Source of the DNA: a virus | Taxonomy: Duplodnaviria; Caudoviricetes | DNA length: 28,506 nt | Virus record (IMG/VR): IMGVR_UViG_3300047511_000092 | Coordinates: 1 to 28,506 of that record | Reading direction: 5' to 3' (one strand) | In this document: positions 26,520-28,506 of the stretch, piece after piece | Position numbering within the stretch: the stretch's first letter is position 1 | Layout: every line of letters starts with the position of its first letter | The notes under the pieces: generated by a model | Database searches by the model: none | The model's input: only the letters and a program-made list of their open reading frames with translations | Told to the model about the DNA's origin: nothing | Translations under genes and position numbers: made by a program

Positions 26520-26777
26520 TTACTCTCCTGTGTATAAGCTCATGTACTGATGACCCTTGAGTCCGTAGCGTATGCCCATGTATCGCGTACCCTCGATGCG
26601 GTAGAACACGTGGACGGGGTACTGCAACGCCATGCTGATCTGCATGTATCTGCTTAGCCGTTGTTGGATGTTTGGCGCAGCATCACACCACTTGTACATA
26701 TCGTGGGTTGTCAGGCGTGTGCTGTTGGGCCACTCGTGCATCTGCACGTCCCACAACTTTCTTTTACTTATGCTCAT
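26520..26777 (-). CDS. Hypothetical protein
   Basis: 85 aa; AGGAG RBS. Confidence 0.7.
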   Translation of the reverse strand: MSISKRKLWDVQMHEWPNSTRLTTHDMYKWCDAAPNIQQRLSRYMQISMALQYPVHVFYRIEGTRYMGIRYGLKGHQYMSLYTGE

Positions 26778-26778
26778 G

Positions 26779-26868
26779 TCATTCTCCTAGTATGAGTATG
26801 GTCAGCGCTACACCTAGCGCGAAGGCTAGTGCGTAGCCAATCAAGGTGTCCCAATAGTCAGCGTTCAT
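26779..26868 (-). CDS. 29-aa single-pass membrane peptide, below the ORF-track cutoff
   Basis: MNADYWDTLIGYALAFALGVALTILILGE; AAGGAG RBS; about 20 consecutive uncharged residues. Confidence 0.7.
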   Translation of the reverse strand: MNADYWDTLIGYALAFALGVALTILILGE

Positions 26869-26896
26869 GTGTTTCTCCTTAAGTTGTTTGCGTTAA

Positions 26897-26913
26897 GTAG
26901 ACAGGTTGTCTAC
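26897..26913. promoter_or_regulatory. GTAGAC-N5-GTCTAC palindrome, copy B
   Basis: gtagac-aggtt-gtctac, intergenic, just upstream of the RBS of the 29-aa gene. Confidence 0.75.
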
Positions 26914-26920
26914 GCAGGGG

Positions 26921-27424
26921 TTAAACAGTGGGGATGATTTGTTTGGGTGGGCGTCCTCGCTTGCGTGGTGGGGTTGATAGGGCTGCGCTGTGTTTGGCGT
27001 AGCGTTGGTCGTGCTTGAGTTGTTGGGCTTGCTCCTTCTTCATGTGTTGTTCCAGTAAAAAGAGTTTGATGTCGGCAGGTCTGAGCGATAGGTACTTACG
27101 CATGGCGTGGTGCATCTTCATGTACTCGCTTTTCTTTCTGCTTTCTTCTAGCTTGCGGCGCTTGAGTTCGTTGTCGTAAGCGATCTGAGATATGTCACCT
27201 GCGGCAAAGCGATTGGCTAGTTCGTTGCGTGTGAGTTCGCGTAAAGGCTTGCGTGGGGGTCGGCATTGGCGGCATAGCTTGGAATCAATCCACGGTAAAC
27301 GCTTGCCAGATAGCCCTTTTGCGATGGCTTGAGCGCGTGTTCCACGGTATCTGAAATGGGTAGTTGGGAAGGTGTTTTCGCACTTGATGCAGCGTTGAGT
27401 GTGGGTTGTTTGAGCGTGTGACAT
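26921..27424 (-). CDS. Basic zinc-ribbon (2x CxxC) protein with C-terminal AT-hook
   Basis: CIKC ... CRQC; RKRGRPPK near the C-terminus; AAGGA RBS. Confidence 0.7.
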   Translation of the reverse strand: MSHAQTTHTQRCIKCENTFPTTHFRYRGTRAQAIAKGLSGKRLPWIDSKLCRQCRPPRKPLRELTRNELANRFAAGDISQIAYDNELKRRKLEESRKKSEYMKMHHAMRKYLSLRPADIKLFLLEQHMKKEQAQQLKHDQRYAKHSAALSTPPRKRGRPPKQIIPTV

Positions 27425-27439
27425 TGTCTAGTCCTTGAC

Positions 27440-27880
27440 AAAAGTGAGGGTGAAAAAGCAGTTAAATACCAAAAGTGTCCACTTTGTCCACTTGGAAGTG
27501 GACAGTAGTTTACCCAATAAACACGGGGGGTTTGAGCGATTAGCGCCAGATGTTAATACGGGGAAGTGGACACAAATTATAGGGTACTTCATATGAAAAA
27601 CGAGAAAAGTGTCCAACTGTCCACCAAAATCCAGGAACTACACAACTTAAGGCAAAAAAACAAAAGACGAGGAAGATGGGCAGCCAAATTAGAATACAAG
27701 AAAAAGAACGTCCAAATAAATGCGTATATATATATAGTAGACAGTAAGACAGATATATATAAGAGCCCCGTGGGACGGGGCTTTGCGCTTGTTCACGCTT
27801 GTGTCCACGTGGATAAAAAACTGGGTCACACAAAAAAATCATTCCATAACACGTTGTGGAGAAGTTCTCCACAACGTATC
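27440..27880. other. Large non-coding, repeat- and palindrome-rich region; candidate replication origin / control region
   Basis: Repeated GTCCA/TGGAC motifs in both orientations; A-tracts; (TA)n at ~27725-27736; three inverted repeats (27485-27504, 27764-27782, 27851-27877). Confidence 0.55.
27851..27877. repeat. 27-bp palindrome (perfect 13-bp arms, 1-nt centre)
   Basis: acgttgtggagaa-g-ttctccacaacgt. Confidence 0.9.
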
Positions 27881-27888
27881 ACCAAGAA

Positions 27889-28068
27889 CTACTGAAGCCA
27901 GAGGTGGCGTTTGTCCTTGTTGACGTGAGCGAGCAGCTTGAGGAGCTGATCGGGTTGAGGTGGACGTGTGCCGCGCTCAAGACCGCCGTAGAACTTCTGG
28001 CGCTCCATCTGTTGGGCGTTTAGTTGCTCGCGCTCGAAAGCGATATACCAGCTTGGTTTGTTCTTCAT
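27889..28068 (-). CDS. Hypothetical 59-aa protein, below the ORF-track cutoff
   Basis: MKNKPSWYIAFEREQLNAQQMERQKFYGGLERGTRPPQPDQLLKLLAHVNKDKRHLWLQ; AAGGAG RBS within the conserved leader. Confidence 0.7.
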   Translation of the reverse strand: MKNKPSWYIAFEREQLNAQQMERQKFYGGLERGTRPPQPDQLLKLLAHVNKDKRHLWLQ

Positions 28069-28093
28069 GATAGTTCTCCTTAAGATGTTGGTA

Positions 28094-28118
28094 CTAAGTA
28101 GACGGGATGTCTACTTAG
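28094..28118. promoter_or_regulatory. GTAGAC-N5-GTCTAC palindrome, copy A
   Basis: ctaagtagac-gggat-gtctacttag, perfect 10-bp arms; includes the stop codon of the upstream gene. Confidence 0.75.
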
Positions 28119-28504
28119 AGTGCTGCTTTGAGTGCGCGAATCTGCGCGGGTGTGAGTTCCTTCTTGATCTTCTCAAGCATGGCAGCTACTACGTCGATGC
28201 GCTTCTTAGTCTTGGGCTTGGTGCTTGGCTTGCGTGGGGCAGTGATACCCAATGAGTTCATGATGCGATTGATCTGCTTTTGACGCATCAGGTAGTCGTC
28301 ATGCTCTGTGTTGTAGGCAATACCTAAGCCAATGTCTGCGCCACGTGTGCGAGCGACATAGAGCGAACCTGCACCAGCGTAGTAGAACTCATCACACGCG
28401 ATGATGATCGTGTGTAAGACCGTGTGAAAGTCTGTATCGCCAATGGTTGCCTTGAGCTTGCGTACGCTGTCCGCGAAGGACTCGCCTGCTTTGAACACGT
28501 TACG
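28115..28504 (-). CDS. Hypothetical protein, probably 5'-partial
   Basis: The frame is open to the window edge; Lys-rich C-terminus. Confidence 0.65.
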   Translation of the reverse strand, partial: RNVFKAGESFADSVRKLKATIGDTDFHTVLHTIIIACDEFYYAGAGSLYVARTRGADIGLGIAYNTEHDDYLMRQKQINRIMNSLGITAPRKPSTKPKTKKRIDVVAAMLEKIKKELTPAQIRALKAAL

Positions 28505-28506
28505 GG

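Noticed and set aside
27540-27895. ORFs 27540..27872 (-), 27566..27895 (+) and 27428..27616 (-)
   Set aside because: No RBS and low-complexity translations of A-tracts and repeats; better explained as non-coding DNA.
20841-28118. GTAGAC/GTCTAC hairpins as Cas12a-like solitary CRISPR repeats or integron attC sites
   Set aside because: The arm order is the reverse of the Cas12a TCTAC...GTAGA stem. There are no RYYYAAC/GTTRRRY ends, and no integrase is visible.
24692-28118. TAGACA in palindrome copies A-C acting as a sigma70 -35 box
   Set aside because: No acceptable -10 hexamer lies 16-18 nt downstream in these copies, unlike the 24645 variant.

Overview
A 28.5-kb segment of a tailed dsDNA phage (Caudoviricetes). 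A podovirus-like phage of a Betaproteobacteria-type host is inferred from gene style, not proven. The + strand (1-5432) holds the 3' part of a giant polyvalent, probably virion-ejected, protein with a zincin-like HExxxH, an ADP-ribosyltransferase-like region and a C-terminal LPD38-like region. Everything else lies on the - strand and converges on it. The replication module (5.6-15.6 kb) has an AEP/RepB-type primase fused to a DUF927 helicase, an HTH, an SSB-like protein, a SNF2 helicase, an HNH, a Cas4-like PD-(D/E)xK nuclease, a Leu762-type family A DNA polymerase and a VRR-NUC. It is preceded by tightly coupled small accessory genes (15.6-21.3 kb), a MoxR AAA+ / unknown / metallopeptidase-vWA triad behind a near-consensus sigma70 promoter (21.3-24.65 kb), early small genes, and an origin-like non-coding region (27.44-27.88 kb). 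The most striking unexplained signal is a recurrent intergenic module, stop codon - GTAGAC-N5-GTCTAC palindrome - A/C-rich linker - AAGGAGA - ATG. It has four full copies, plus a variant that overlaps the -35 box of the AAA-vWA promoter. No integrase, tRNA, CRISPR array or reverse transcriptase was seen. All domain calls come from motifs read by eye, not from database searches.
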